A stretch of DNA of 64,000 nucleotides, from NCBI GenBank assembly GCA_963715865.1, contig OY970280.1:416001-480000 (forward strand). The letters run 5' to 3'. This document shows positions 9,314 to 18,635 of this stretch, one piece after another; within the stretch, counting starts at the first letter, position 1, and every line of letters begins with the position of its first letter. The notes under the pieces are model-generated. The model ran no database searches. It was not told the DNA's origin and saw only the letters and a program-made list of their open reading frames with translations. The position numbers and the translations under genes were made by a program. The DNA is from Candidatus Bathyarchaeota archaeon (lineage in GTDB: Archaea; Thermoproteota; Bathyarchaeia; Bathyarchaeales; Bathycorpusculaceae).

Positions 9314-10125
9314 ACGCTATAAACGAAGCATTCCAAAAAGCAAAGGCGCAGGGAAACGGCGCGCTCGTCGGCTACATTATGGCTGGAGACCCAAAGCCAG
9401 AACTGACACCGAAAATTGCTGATGCCCTAATCAAGGGCGGCGTAGACATTTTGGAGCTTGGGCTTCCCTTCTCTGACCCAATTGCTGATGGACCAACAAT
9501 TCAGGCTGCAAGCGTACGCGCGCTGGCTGCTGGAACAACGCCTGTTAAGGTGCTAGAAATTGCTAAGGAAATACGACAAAGCCATGATGTGCCAGTTGTA
9601 ATAATGACCTACTATAATCCTGTTTTCAGGATGGGGCTCGAGAGGTTTTTCGGTTTAGCTGAGAAATGCATGGTTGACGGAGTTATAGTTCCTGATTTAC
9701 CAGTTGAGGAAGCAGGTGACTACAAGAAAGCCGCAAGCAAATTTGGTGTAGACACAATTTTCCTAGCAGCACCTTCCACTTCCAATGAGCGGCTTGCAAG
9801 GATAGTTTGGTGCTCTTCAGGCTTTCTGTATCTTGTTTCGCATTTCGGGGTGACAGGAGCAAAAGCAACGATAGAAGATTCAACCATTCACTTAGTCAAG
9901 CGTGTTTTACCCTTCACATCCGGAAGAATTCCATTGGCGGTTGGGTTTGGCGTTTCGAAGCCTGAGCATGTTCAGCGCATTGTTGGGGCAGGAGCTGACG
10001 GCGTCATAGTTGGAAGCGCCTTCGTCAATCTAATTCAAAAGCATCGGGAAAAGATTGATGTTCTGCTAAATGAACTGCAAGCGACCGCTTGTAAATTAAA
10101 AGCGGCAACAAAAATCATCCAATAA
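9310..10125 (+). CDS. trpA: Tryptophan synthase alpha chain
   Basis: [28 protein letters not shown] and ADGVIVGSA motifs. Confidence 0.96.
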   Translation: MNAINEAFQKAKAQGNGALVGYIMAGDPKPELTPKIADALIKGGVDILELGLPFSDPIADGPTIQAASVRALAAGTTPVKVLEIAKEIRQSHDVPVVIMTYYNPVFRMGLERFFGLAEKCMVDGVIVPDLPVEEAGDYKKAASKFGVDTIFLAAPSTSNERLARIVWCSSGFLYLVSHFGVTGAKATIEDSTIHLVKRVLPFTSGRIPLAVGFGVSKPEHVQRIVGAGADGVIVGSAFVNLIQKHREKIDVLLNELQATACKLKAATKIIQ

Positions 10126-10195
10126 TTTGTGAAAACCAGAAAAATTCGTTTTGTGTCTGGGAAAGTTTTAATGTTCGTTCTAACCTTTAACTTTC

Positions 10196-10514
10196 GGCGG
10201 TGGATCTTAGGCGGTGGGGTAGGGGTCCATTGTACCGTAAACCCTCTATACGACGGGCCGACATCTGCGGATGAGGCGTCAAAGGCCGCTTGGATCTTCA
10301 TTTCCGAAACATTGACTATCCGTCCTTTGGGGCTGGCGGTCAGTGTGCAGCTTCCGTAGGGGAGTTGTTTCACTGTTCACCAGGCGAACCCGGCTAGGCT
10401 CGGGAGAGAGCAACCTAAGTTTGGACGTTATGCGCTCAAGGGGGTGCGGGTAAGAGCGTAGGGCTTGAGGTCTCCAGGCGGAGTCTAGGCGTCAAACCGC
10501 AGTGGTCCACCGCT
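10196..10514 (+). ncRNA. ffs: Archaeal SRP (7S) RNA
   Basis: The ends pair (GCGGTGGA with TCCACCGC). There is an Alu-like 5' domain (TAGGCGGTGGGGT...TGTACCGTAAACCC), helix 6 with a GUAG loop, and helix 8 TAGGCTC-GGGA-GAGAGCAACCTA. A TATA-like TTTTAAT lies at 10166-10172. Confidence 0.9.
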
Positions 10515-10653
10515 ACTGTTTTTCAGCAATTTATCCCTACAAAAAATTCATATTACTGGATAACCCAATAAGCTCAATCAGGTTACTATAGAATGGCTAG
10601 GAGTGTGTCTTTTGAGCCAATTTGAAAAATGGCAACAAAAAATTTTGGAAAGA

Positions 10654-11196
10654 TTATTCTTTTACAAAATGGTGCTTTTCAATGAATCTAGCGGCATCCA
10701 GAATTTCTTGTGCCTGCTTCACACTTAACCTAAACCTTTTCTTACCCAACTCGTCAACCGCTCTTTCCACCTCACCTAACCCAATGTAATCTTTGCTTAA
10801 GCCTTCCAAAAGCAGCGTCCAAGTACTCCAAACCCTAAGTCCATACATTTTGGAAAGGTTCGAGAGCAGTTTTTCATCAGCCAACAGCTCGGCTTTTTTC
10901 TCCACAGCCAATAGCAAGGTTTCGGCATCCGCTATGGAAATGTTTTCGCCTTCAGCCAACTTCAAAGCAGACTTGGCTAAACGTTCAGGAACAGGCTCAA
11001 TCCTCAGCCAGCCATCTGCCAAAGCATTGCCGACTGCTTTTGCGTCAGCACAGCCGAGCCTGACGCCCTCATCAAAAACCTCAACCTTAACCCTCTCGGT
11101 AACAATTACGGTGCCAAAAAGCTTCTTCAACAACGATAGTTTGCCGATCTGCGCTAGGTGAATTAGCGGTCCCGCATCAGAAACCACGGCAGGCAA
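10654..11196 (-). CDS. PIN-domain (DUF3368-type) toxin
   Basis: VVSDAGPLIHL, V..EV, ADAETL and LADEK motifs. Confidence 0.8.
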   Translation of the reverse strand: MPAVVSDAGPLIHLAQIGKLSLLKKLFGTVIVTERVKVEVFDEGVRLGCADAKAVGNALADGWLRIEPVPERLAKSALKLAEGENISIADAETLLLAVEKKAELLADEKLLSNLSKMYGLRVWSTWTLLLEGLSKDYIGLGEVERAVDELGKKRFRLSVKQAQEILDAARFIEKHHFVKE

Positions 11197-11201
11197 TGGG
11201 T

Positions 11202-11510
11202 TTATTCTCCGTACTTCGCCTTCAAGTACTCTTTGACTCCTTCGGAGTCCCAGTTAACCGCTACGCATTCACGCTCAAGCAACTCCAAAAACTCCCTTAG
11301 CGAAATACCCAAAATCTCTGCTCCTCGTCCAGCGCTCAGTTTGCCTTTCTCGTAAAGGCGTACTACGCAGTCGCGTAAGCCGTCCTCGATGAACTCCTTA
11401 AAAAGTGTTGAGCGGTCAACATTTTCAAGGGCTCGAACAGCCTCAACTCTACGCAAGTTACGCTTTGATAAGCGCACGGTGACAACGCTGCTTTTTTCAA
11501 CTTCGACCAT
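11202..11510 (-). CDS. UPF0175-family antitoxin
   Basis: RHH-like N-terminus plus LYEKGKLSAGRGAEILGISLREFLELL; lies directly upstream of the PIN gene. Confidence 0.8.
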   Translation of the reverse strand: MVEVEKSSVVTVRLSKRNLRRVEAVRALENVDRSTLFKEFIEDGLRDCVVRLYEKGKLSAGRGAEILGISLREFLELLERECVAVNWDSEGVKEYLKAKYGE

Positions 11511-11686
11511 GCAATCGCCTTACTTATAAAGAATACAATGTAACACATAAAACTTACGCAAAAAAATAAAACAAGCGAACCCATTTTCAAAAATCTAGAA
11601 GTGTTAGGTTTCATTTGTTAAAACTGGATATTGGCAATTCACAATTAATATAAATAATACAACTGCAAATACAGCAATCGAAAACC

Positions 11687-12625
11687 ATGAGCATGCAACA
11701 GGAGCTTCCGCAATGCCCCGTATGCGGTTCAACAAGCGGATACGAGCTTTCAGGAATGGTTGGAAAATTCGCTAAATGCTTCCAGTGCCAAACCAAATGG
11801 AAATTGTTCATAGAAAACCAAAAAATAACAGGCTTAACGCTTTATGAACTGCCAAAAAACGGAGCCGCACTATACAAAGTCGCAAGCACAAACCTCCCCT
11901 TATTCATCGCACTCGGCAAACCTATTGCATTACCTTTCTGGAAGAACCTTAAACTCGACGGAAAAATAGACTGGGAATTCCTATCGAAGGCAGTAGACCC
12001 AACCATTTTAAAATCCGTCATAATAGACAAATCAGAACTCGTCCTAAATGCTTGGACAGGCAACCGCTACATACAAAACATTAATGTGGCACCAGGTCCT
12101 GCGCGTGCAAGAATGATTTTGCAAATAGGTGCTCTTCTGCTTACAAGTCGCAGGCTTATCTGGCTGGAAAGGCGACAAATCGGCGTGTGGAAACCACAAA
12201 TCACCTACCAAGTCGCCCTCGACATGCCACTGGAAAACATAAAGGGCATCTTAGCAGAAAGCGGAGACTGCGGCACCTGGGCATCCGCAAAAAAAGTTTC
12301 AATCGTCACCAACGACGGCGAAAAAACCTTCAACCTGCAAAGCGCCTTCCAAGAACTGCTCAGGCCAATGATTGAAAGCGCCATAAAAATGCGAATAGAC
12401 GAAAATGAAGCTGAAAAGAAAAGAGAAAAAATACATGTCATGCTGGACTTCTCTTTTTTGAAATCAACCATGGAAAAAGGCGGCCTAGTAATGCAAGTGC
12501 TCAAATGCCCCGAATGCGGAGCCACCGTTGATTTTCCAAAAACCGGAAACGAAACACAATGCGTCCACTGTGGAAAAACAATTTACGCTCAAGACGTTTT
12601 CGAAAAAGTGAAAGGACTAATATAA
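11687..12625 (+). CDS. Hypothetical protein with N- and C-terminal zinc ribbons and a PH/GRAM-like middle
   Basis: CPVC...CFQC and CPEC...CVHC; central GALLLTSRRLIW. Confidence 0.65.
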   Translation: MSMQQELPQCPVCGSTSGYELSGMVGKFAKCFQCQTKWKLFIENQKITGLTLYELPKNGAALYKVASTNLPLFIALGKPIALPFWKNLKLDGKIDWEFLSKAVDPTILKSVIIDKSELVLNAWTGNRYIQNINVAPGPARARMILQIGALLLTSRRLIWLERRQIGVWKPQITYQVALDMPLENIKGILAESGDCGTWASAKKVSIVTNDGEKTFNLQSAFQELLRPMIESAIKMRIDENEAEKKREKIHVMLDFSFLKSTMEKGGLVMQVLKCPECGATVDFPKTGNETQCVHCGKTIYAQDVFEKVKGLI

Positions 12626-12671
12626 CAACTTTCATATCAGTTTCTAACGTTCTTCAGCGTTCGCGTAATGC

Positions 12672-13202
12672 TTACTTTGATTCATCAAGGCTTTTTTTGT
12701 AAAGCGCTTTGTCGATTATTCTTACGTCCAGGTTTTGTTTGGCAGCTGTTTTCCTCATTGCCAAGAGCAGTTTTAGATAATTCTGAGTTGTTAACAAGTT
12801 AGGCGGTGGATTGCCAAGCAACGCTTTCCAAACTGCTACGTCTATGATGCCGTATTGTTTGGGGTCAAAAAACGCGAGGATCACGCTGGCTAACACCGGG
12901 CTGACGCCTTCCAGCAGTGTGAGGCAGTTCATTCGGTAGGCGTCTTCGCAAGAAGGAATGCTTAGAGCTTGGCTTGAAAGGCGGTCAACAGTTGCCTCAT
13001 CATTTCGAGTCACTAACGCTAAAATCCGCGCTTTCTTCTCAGGCTCTTCTTTAAACTTCCACTCAACAACCTGCGCTAAATCACCGCAAGTTAACGCCTT
13101 TGCCTTTCTGAATTTGGCGCCCAACTCCCGCTCTTTCTGCGCTTGCCAACCGAAGCTTTTATCGTACTTGCGGCTCCACAACAAGAAATCAGCTTTATCC
13201 AC
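12672..13202 (-). CDS. Uncharacterised HhH-GPD-like (DNA glycosylase-like) protein
   Basis: LEGVSPVLASVILAFFDPKQYGIIDVAVW and the C-terminal RIIDKALY pattern. Confidence 0.5.
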   Translation of the reverse strand: MDKADFLLWSRKYDKSFGWQAQKERELGAKFRKAKALTCGDLAQVVEWKFKEEPEKKARILALVTRNDEATVDRLSSQALSIPSCEDAYRMNCLTLLEGVSPVLASVILAFFDPKQYGIIDVAVWKALLGNPPPNLLTTQNYLKLLLAMRKTAAKQNLDVRIIDKALYKKSLDESK

Positions 13203-13294
13203 GCAAATTCACCTACAGCGAATAATTGAGAAATCGCTTACATTTCTGCCTTTGCCCAAAAATAATCAAAAATAAATTAAGAAAAGGTTGATGG

Positions 13295-13420
13295 TTAATT
13301 TTGGTCTACTAGATGCGCTGTTCCGTCTGGACAATACACTTTCTCATCTTTGCCAACTCGACTGTAACGTTCACTGCACATGTGCAGGAGCGTGCAACCG
13401 TCGCAATCTCTACTCAGCAT
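13295..13420 (-). CDS. 41-aa Cys/His-rich small protein (not in the ORF track)
   Basis: MLSRDCDGCTLLHMCSERYSRVGKDEKVYCPDGTAHLVDQN, with SD AGGAGG 7 nt upstream of the ATG. Confidence 0.7.
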   Translation of the reverse strand: MLSRDCDGCTLLHMCSERYSRVGKDEKVYCPDGTAHLVDQN

Positions 13421-13577
13421 TTCTTCGCCTCCTTTAGGGGCTTTCACGATGCTCAAAATTCGCTTATAAAACTATGTAACATGCATGTATATACATGCAA
13501 TCGCCAATCCAGCATGCATTCGCAAAAGTTGTAGAACACTTAAATTATGCATTCTAACTATTTGTAATGATGCACGC

Positions 13578-13910
13578 TTGAGCAGCAACCCACAAAGCCA
13601 AGAAACCAAAAAATTCTATTTCCAAGAAATCGACAAAATAATCTGTTTTCCAAACCAAGGAAACCAAGGAAAATACTGCAACTACCACATACAACTCAAA
13701 GGCAAGAAAACTGCAAACCAGCTTGGGGAATCAGCAGTCCTCGGCGAATTCTTGGATAGTCGAGAAATCGAAAACAACTACCCTTACACGGTAGGCTACT
13801 ACAAGGAATACAGAGGAGAAGGCGCAAGCTTTAAGCCTGAATACTTGGAGTTACGGAAAATCTGCACGATTGAAGAATTCTGGCTGTTTCTTAATGCCTC
13901 AAATGTTTAG
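13578..13910 (+). CDS. Hypothetical protein
   Basis: Open frame with protein-like composition; probable TTG start at 13578. Confidence 0.55.
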   Translation: MSSNPQSQETKKFYFQEIDKIICFPNQGNQGKYCNYHIQLKGKKTANQLGESAVLGEFLDSREIENNYPYTVGYYKEYRGEGASFKPEYLELRKICTIEEFWLFLNASNV

Positions 13911-14138
13911 TCGTGCGTCGACTACATAAAAACTAACCCGCAACTGCACATGGATTTTAAACGGATAATTGCCGAAGGCAACCTTGTAGCAGTCCACAGC
14001 CACCTAAAACCCAACCCTCAAGACAGTGGAGCAGCAGTTGTCGATATTTTCCGAGTAGAAGATGGCAAGCTGGCGGAGCACTGGGACGTAATCCAGCCCG
14101 TTCCAACACAAGCCGCAAACAAAAATGGCATGTTCTAA
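13911..14138 (+). pseudogene. SnoaL-like (NTF2-fold) protein, C-terminal half only
   Basis: KRIIAEGNLVAVH...VDIFRVEDGKLAEHWDVIQ; the frame opens immediately after the upstream stop and the N-terminal half is absent. Confidence 0.7.
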
Positions 14139-14659
14139 ACGTGACTTTCCACGCGGACGATTGGTTTACCCATAATGTCTCGGATTGTATCCGCCACTTT
14201 GAATGGCGAGCGGACAAGCAGAAGTTTGGTTTCTCGTTCACCCTGAGAGTTAACCGTTAAATCCCCATAACCAAAAATCCTGCCGCCAATGGACTGGTAA
14301 ACCATTAAATCCCCAAAACCCGAAGGGGTAACAACAAACGAATGCAACCTAATAATGCCATGGCGAATTTCTAAGCCATCCTGCCGTAGCACGTAAGTGT
14401 TGGATGCCCGAAAAACCAGCAGCTCCAACATGCTAAGCAACCATATCACGCCAAAAGCCAGAAGAGTCCAAGTGGCAACTGCTAAACCAGCCATATATGA
14501 AAAGGCAACACCGAAGTATATTTCAAGCCAGAGAAAGAGAACTGAAACAACAAAAACAGTGACCGTTCGAACGATAGCTGCTGGGGTAACCCAAGGCTTT
14601 CCCGACCAAACCACAGCGCCATGCTGAACATGCTTATCAGAAGACAAACTAAAACACAA
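14135..14659 (-). CDS. Membrane protein with a bacterial PH (bPH_2/YdbS-like) domain
   Basis: Two TM helices followed by YVLRQDGLEIRHGII...QSIGGRIFGYGDL. Confidence 0.7.
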   Translation of the reverse strand: MCFSLSSDKHVQHGAVVWSGKPWVTPAAIVRTVTVFVVSVLFLWLEIYFGVAFSYMAGLAVATWTLLAFGVIWLLSMLELLVFRASNTYVLRQDGLEIRHGIIRLHSFVVTPSGFGDLMVYQSIGGRIFGYGDLTVNSQGERETKLLLVRSPFKVADTIRDIMGKPIVRVESHV

Positions 14660-14708
14660 CCACTAGGCAATAAGCAAAGAGCGTATTTAAGCATTAAAGT
14701 CAAATGAA

Positions 14709-15254
14709 CTATGCAATTAACGCTTCAAATATTTCAAGTGTTTCGTCTTTCTGCGCCTGTTTTTTGATCGCATTGATATTCAATTTGGTGAAAGCTAAAA
14801 TTGCCTTAACATCTTCCTTATCTTTAATTGCGCGTTCAGGCGGCAGGGTTACCTTAATCATCCTGAGTTTCGCTACAATCAAGCCTTCAGGTGATTGAAA
14901 AAAGGTTTTTAGGCTATCGATTTTTCCTGATTTTTTATCCAGTTTGCCATCTGAAAGTATGATGTCAACAGTGTATGGTGTAGTTTTGTCTTTGAATGTC
15001 GCTATTTTATAACCTGATGTTAATGCAGTCTCAATTTTTCGTTCATCAACTTCTAAATCTGCCTGTCTTAATGAAGACGCAATTTTTCTTTTCAAGTCAG
15101 TTTGGTTAGTGACTGCAATTATCATGTCTACATCAGTGGTGGTTCGGGGAACGCCGTAAAAACTCGCTGCCAACGCACCAGTGAAGGCATAATCTAAGCC
15201 TACTTTGTCAAAGGCATCAGCAAGCTTCTTAACAAAATTGTAAAATGCTTCCAA
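14709..15254 (-). CDS. Nucleotidyltransferase toxin, MenT1/Rv0078A (AbiEii-like) type
   Basis: YAFTGALAASFYGVPRTTTDVD, PEGLIVAKL and KDKED motifs. Confidence 0.7.
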   Translation of the reverse strand: MEAFYNFVKKLADAFDKVGLDYAFTGALAASFYGVPRTTTDVDMIIAVTNQTDLKRKIASSLRQADLEVDERKIETALTSGYKIATFKDKTTPYTVDIILSDGKLDKKSGKIDSLKTFFQSPEGLIVAKLRMIKVTLPPERAIKDKEDVKAILAFTKLNINAIKKQAQKDETLEIFEALIA

Positions 15255-15260
15255 CGCTAA

Positions 15261-15470
15261 TCACCGGTTACGCTTGGCCCATTCAAGACGCTCACGCAAT
15301 TTCTCAAGAAGATCTTCCTCGCTAATTCCTGGATACTGATTTTTTATGCCATCCGCGCAAATGCGCACGCATCCATCAGTCATGTCCATGCATATTAGCA
15401 CTTTTTCTTCAGGCTTTAAGCGTCCTAAACGTTTCCAGTCCTTATCCATAAACAGTACACACGCATTCAA
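15261..15470 (-). CDS. Small antitoxin, Rv0078B/MenA1-like
   Basis: LKPEEKVLICMDM...GIKNQYPGISEEDL; lies directly upstream of the NTase gene. Confidence 0.6.
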   Translation of the reverse strand: MNACVLFMDKDWKRLGRLKPEEKVLICMDMTDGCVRICADGIKNQYPGISEEDLLEKLRERLEWAKRNR

Positions 15471-15598
15471 GAATATAATTGCGGGGTAGTGCTTAAAATA
15501 ACCTTACATGACTTCAAATTGAGCACACAGCTGGTAACCGAAAAATATCGCTACATACAACGCCATAAAATCGTCCATTCGCCGATTGCATTAATGCG

Positions 15599-16279
15599 CT
15601 ACTTTTTCTCCCCGTTCCTCTGAGGCCTATGAGCAGGCCAACACTTCTGGCAGTACACGGGTCGATCTGCACGAGGTTGAAATGGCACTTTGCATTCGCA
15701 GCCGCAGTCGCTGCAAACAGCGGTGTAAACTGGTTCCTGGTGAAATTGCTTAAACAAATGGTAATTCTTGAGGCGTGGCCACCCAGTCTTGGCGTAGCGT
15801 AGCATTTCAGGGTTGTCTTTTAGCCAGCGCATCATGTGGAAGAAGCTTTTGCCTCTTTTTTCTTCACGTTCAGCTAATGGTTCATAGCCTAAGTTGCGGA
15901 TTTCATCTAGATACGCGATTTCTGTAAGCTTCTGCGCTTCGCCGACGACTCTTATGCGTTTAACGCGGTCTTCACCGTAAACTTTGCGGAGTTCCTCAGC
16001 GGCAACATCAAAGATGCAGCCTTGGCAAATGTGGATTGCCTCGTCTGGCTTAAGGTTAAACCATGCGACAAGTTTAGATACGATGCGTGAGGATTCTTGC
16101 AGGTACTCTTTTTCGCGGAAGATTTCTTGGTAGAACCTTACGTCGATGAGGTCGTATTTGAATTCGCCTGTTTCTTCTCGGTAGGCACCGACTACAACGC
16201 CGTAAAGCAAGTCGCCGCTGCCTGCGTCATCAACAATAACTGTCAAGTAATGATGTTCCCTCTCTTTCTTCTTATGCAA
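15599..16279 (-). CDS. RNase HII-like domain fused to a C-terminal CxxC-x17-CxxC zinc ribbon
   Basis: IVDDAGSGDLLYGVVVG resembles RNase HII DEAGRG; C-terminus YTAVCSDCGCECKVPFQPRADRPVYCQKCW. Confidence 0.6.
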   Translation of the reverse strand: MHKKKEREHHYLTVIVDDAGSGDLLYGVVVGAYREETGEFKYDLIDVRFYQEIFREKEYLQESSRIVSKLVAWFNLKPDEAIHICQGCIFDVAAEELRKVYGEDRVKRIRVVGEAQKLTEIAYLDEIRNLGYEPLAEREEKRGKSFFHMMRWLKDNPEMLRYAKTGWPRLKNYHLFKQFHQEPVYTAVCSDCGCECKVPFQPRADRPVYCQKCWPAHRPQRNGEKK

Positions 16280-16347
16280 TGTTTAATTCGTGTATAAAAA
16301 TAGTCCTCCCAAAAAGAAAGAGAACTAAAGGGGCAGTGCCTTAAAGT

Positions 16348-16998
16348 TTATGATGCTGTTGCTAACTGTTGCTTAATACCTTCCGCAGGGCTTTGTAATA
16401 TGCTGAGAACTCCTTTTTTTCCAAGGCGCAGTTGTCTCTCGCCTCTAAAAATGCATACGTGGGCATTCTTTATTTCAATGTTTTTTCCAACAGCGATGGA
16501 GTTTATTTGTCCTTCCCATAGGCAGAGTTTGATTTTTCCAGTTTCGTCTCCAACCAAAGCGTTAACTACCGTGACAGTGTTGCCAAACTGCGTGTGAACC
16601 TGCGCCGGTTTAGGAATCTCCAGAACTTCAGCCTTCACATTAATCCGTTTCATACCAGCCCTCAAATCATGAACAACAATGTAAATTGATTCTGTATTTT
16701 GTTTAGCGATTTTTTTGCATATTTTATCAGTGCTCATCCAGCTTTCAAAAGGATTATCCTTTCTCAACAGAAATTGTTCATCAACTCTGAACTGAGCCAC
16801 AGCATTGTTGTCTTTTTTTATTAGAAAAATTATTTCATCTTTCACTTTGCCACGGTATTCAACTGTAAGGTTGCCGCAGACGGCTTTTTCGTTGTTTCTT
16901 GCTTTAATTAGTGCTTGGAAAACTTCAGAGGGGTAAATGTTGTGTTTTACTGAAAGAAGAGCAATGTGCTCCCCTAAAGTTGATTTTTTCTGTCTCAA
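16348..16998 (-). CDS. OB-fold single-stranded nucleic-acid-binding protein with an N-terminal extension
   Basis: DLRAGMKRINVKAEVLE...NALVGDETGKIKLCLW...IEIKNAHV..FRGERQL. Confidence 0.8.
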   Translation of the reverse strand: MRQKKSTLGEHIALLSVKHNIYPSEVFQALIKARNNEKAVCGNLTVEYRGKVKDEIIFLIKKDNNAVAQFRVDEQFLLRKDNPFESWMSTDKICKKIAKQNTESIYIVVHDLRAGMKRINVKAEVLEIPKPAQVHTQFGNTVTVVNALVGDETGKIKLCLWEGQINSIAVGKNIEIKNAHVCIFRGERQLRLGKKGVLSILQSPAEGIKQQLATAS

Positions 16999-17372
16999 AT
17001 TCCTTCTCCCTTGTCATGTCATAGTTAGGAGAAAAAGTAAAGTGCAAAGTTGATTTATACTTTCTCTCAAATATGTCGAATGCCTACATTATATCAAAGG
17101 TACTTATATTAGTCTGACTATAAAAAAAGGCATTTCATGCTGTTTTTAAAGAAATTTAGGACTTAACTTATACTTATGAAAGCCTTTCAAAAATCCCCTC
17201 GGCTTCATTTTTCCCTCCATAGAATTCAATCAAAAGGGGGTTTGGAATAATAATTGGATGTTTAATCTAAAAAATAGAAGCATTCAATTTATAAGCATGG
17301 ACGATACGTTAAAGGGGTAATGTGTAAGAAGCGATTTTTGCACACCAAATATAGTAGGAGTTGAAATAGCGA

Positions 17373-17513
17373 ATGTATAATAACAAAGAAATGCACAAGG
17401 CAACCTGCGCTGACTGCGGAAAAGAATGTGAAGTTCCTTTCAAGCCAGACGGCACAAGGCCAGTTTATTGCCGCGAGTGCTACTCAAAACGAAGACCACC
17501 ACGAAGATATTAA
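17373..17513 (+). CDS. Stand-alone 46-aa CxxC-x17-CxxC protein (not in the ORF track)
   Basis: MYNNKEMHKATCADCGKECEVPFKPDGTRPVYCRECYSKRRPPRRY; AGGAG upstream and a T-tract downstream. Confidence 0.88.
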   Translation: MYNNKEMHKATCADCGKECEVPFKPDGTRPVYCRECYSKRRPPRRY

Positions 17514-17551
17514 GCTCATTAGCTGAACATCTTTAACTTCGTCTTTAGTTA

Positions 17552-17571
17552 TTTTCTTTTTTTATTTTTTT
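17552..17571 (+). terminator. Oligo-T archaeal terminator
   Basis: TTTTCTTTTTTTATTTTTTT lies about 40 nt after the small CxxC gene. Confidence 0.45.
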
Positions 17572-17670
17572 AATATTCTGGAGCTAACCCCACTCTGTCT
17601 TGCTAGAACCACAATTATTATAATTCTCGCCTCAAATAACAACGCTACATGTAAAAGGGAGCCAATTGAA

Positions 17671-18435
17671 GTGAAACAGTTTCTCATTACACCATCGGCA
17701 GGTAAACGCTTAATCGCCAAAGCATTAGCAAATCACCCGACGATTTTAACTGCAATTAAAAACGGCACGCTCGTAATCGTCGCTGGAACAACAAACGGCT
17801 ACATAGCTGAAGAAATACTAAAAACCCAGAAAAACTCCGGCGATTTCTCAAGAAAACACTTTTTCCGCGGAATAACCCTGCCTCCAAACAAAACCGTAAG
17901 CGTGGAAGGGCGACTAGCTGACGAAAGCAAGTTTCCCGGAGACGCAATAATAGTCAAAGGCGTTTGGCAAAAAGGCAAAACAATAGCCGACGTAGTTGAT
18001 TCTCTCAAAGAAGGCGACGTCATCTTGAAAGGCGCAAATGCTTTGGATTTAGAGCGCAAACAAGCAGCTATCCTAATCGGTCACCCGAAAGCTGGAACCA
18101 TAGGCTTAGCATTGCCCGCCGTTGCAGGACGCCGAGTAAAACTAATAATACCAGTAGGTTTAGAGAAGCGCGTAAACGACGATTTATATGCTTTAGCTGA
18201 AAAATTGAATGCGCCCGGTGCAGGTGGCTACCGTTTATTGCCTGTTCCCGGCGAAGTGTTTACTGAACTTGACGCGGTGAACTTTTTGACTGGAGCCAAT
18301 ACTGAGTTGATTTCGGCTGGCGGAGTCTGCGGCGCAGAAGGGTCATGCTGGCTGGCTGTTATTGGCACAAAAGAACAAGAGGAAAACGCAGAAAAACTTG
18401 TGGCTTATGAACCAGCATTTAATCTGGAAGAGTGA
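17671..18435 (+). CDS. Conserved hypothetical protein
   Basis: 254-aa ORF with [27 protein letters not shown] and AGGVCGAEG; function not recognised. Confidence 0.7.
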   Translation: MKQFLITPSAGKRLIAKALANHPTILTAIKNGTLVIVAGTTNGYIAEEILKTQKNSGDFSRKHFFRGITLPPNKTVSVEGRLADESKFPGDAIIVKGVWQKGKTIADVVDSLKEGDVILKGANALDLERKQAAILIGHPKAGTIGLALPAVAGRRVKLIIPVGLEKRVNDDLYALAEKLNAPGAGGYRLLPVPGEVFTELDAVNFLTGANTELISAGGVCGAEGSCWLAVIGTKEQEENAEKLVAYEPAFNLEE

Positions 18436-18635
18436 AAAAGCGCTATTTGATGGACATAGTAGGGATTAAAGACGGAATAAGAGTGTTTAACATGGAATAA
18501 CTCGTTTTGCCTAATTCGGTGGAACACAGAATGAAACAGTAGCGGCTTTTTTATTCAAACTGTCAGTAGGCGGTAAGATGCACACGCTGTAATAGCTAAG
18601 GACTCATTCAATAAGAACTGAAAAGGCGTTTAACA

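Noticed and set aside
10129-10373. ORFs 10129..10359 (+) and 10035..10373 (-); RNase P RNA as the identity of the structured region
   Set aside because: The ORFs are shadows over the SRP RNA. The RNase P hallmark GAGGAAAGUCC is absent, while SRP helix 6, helix 8 and Alu features are present.
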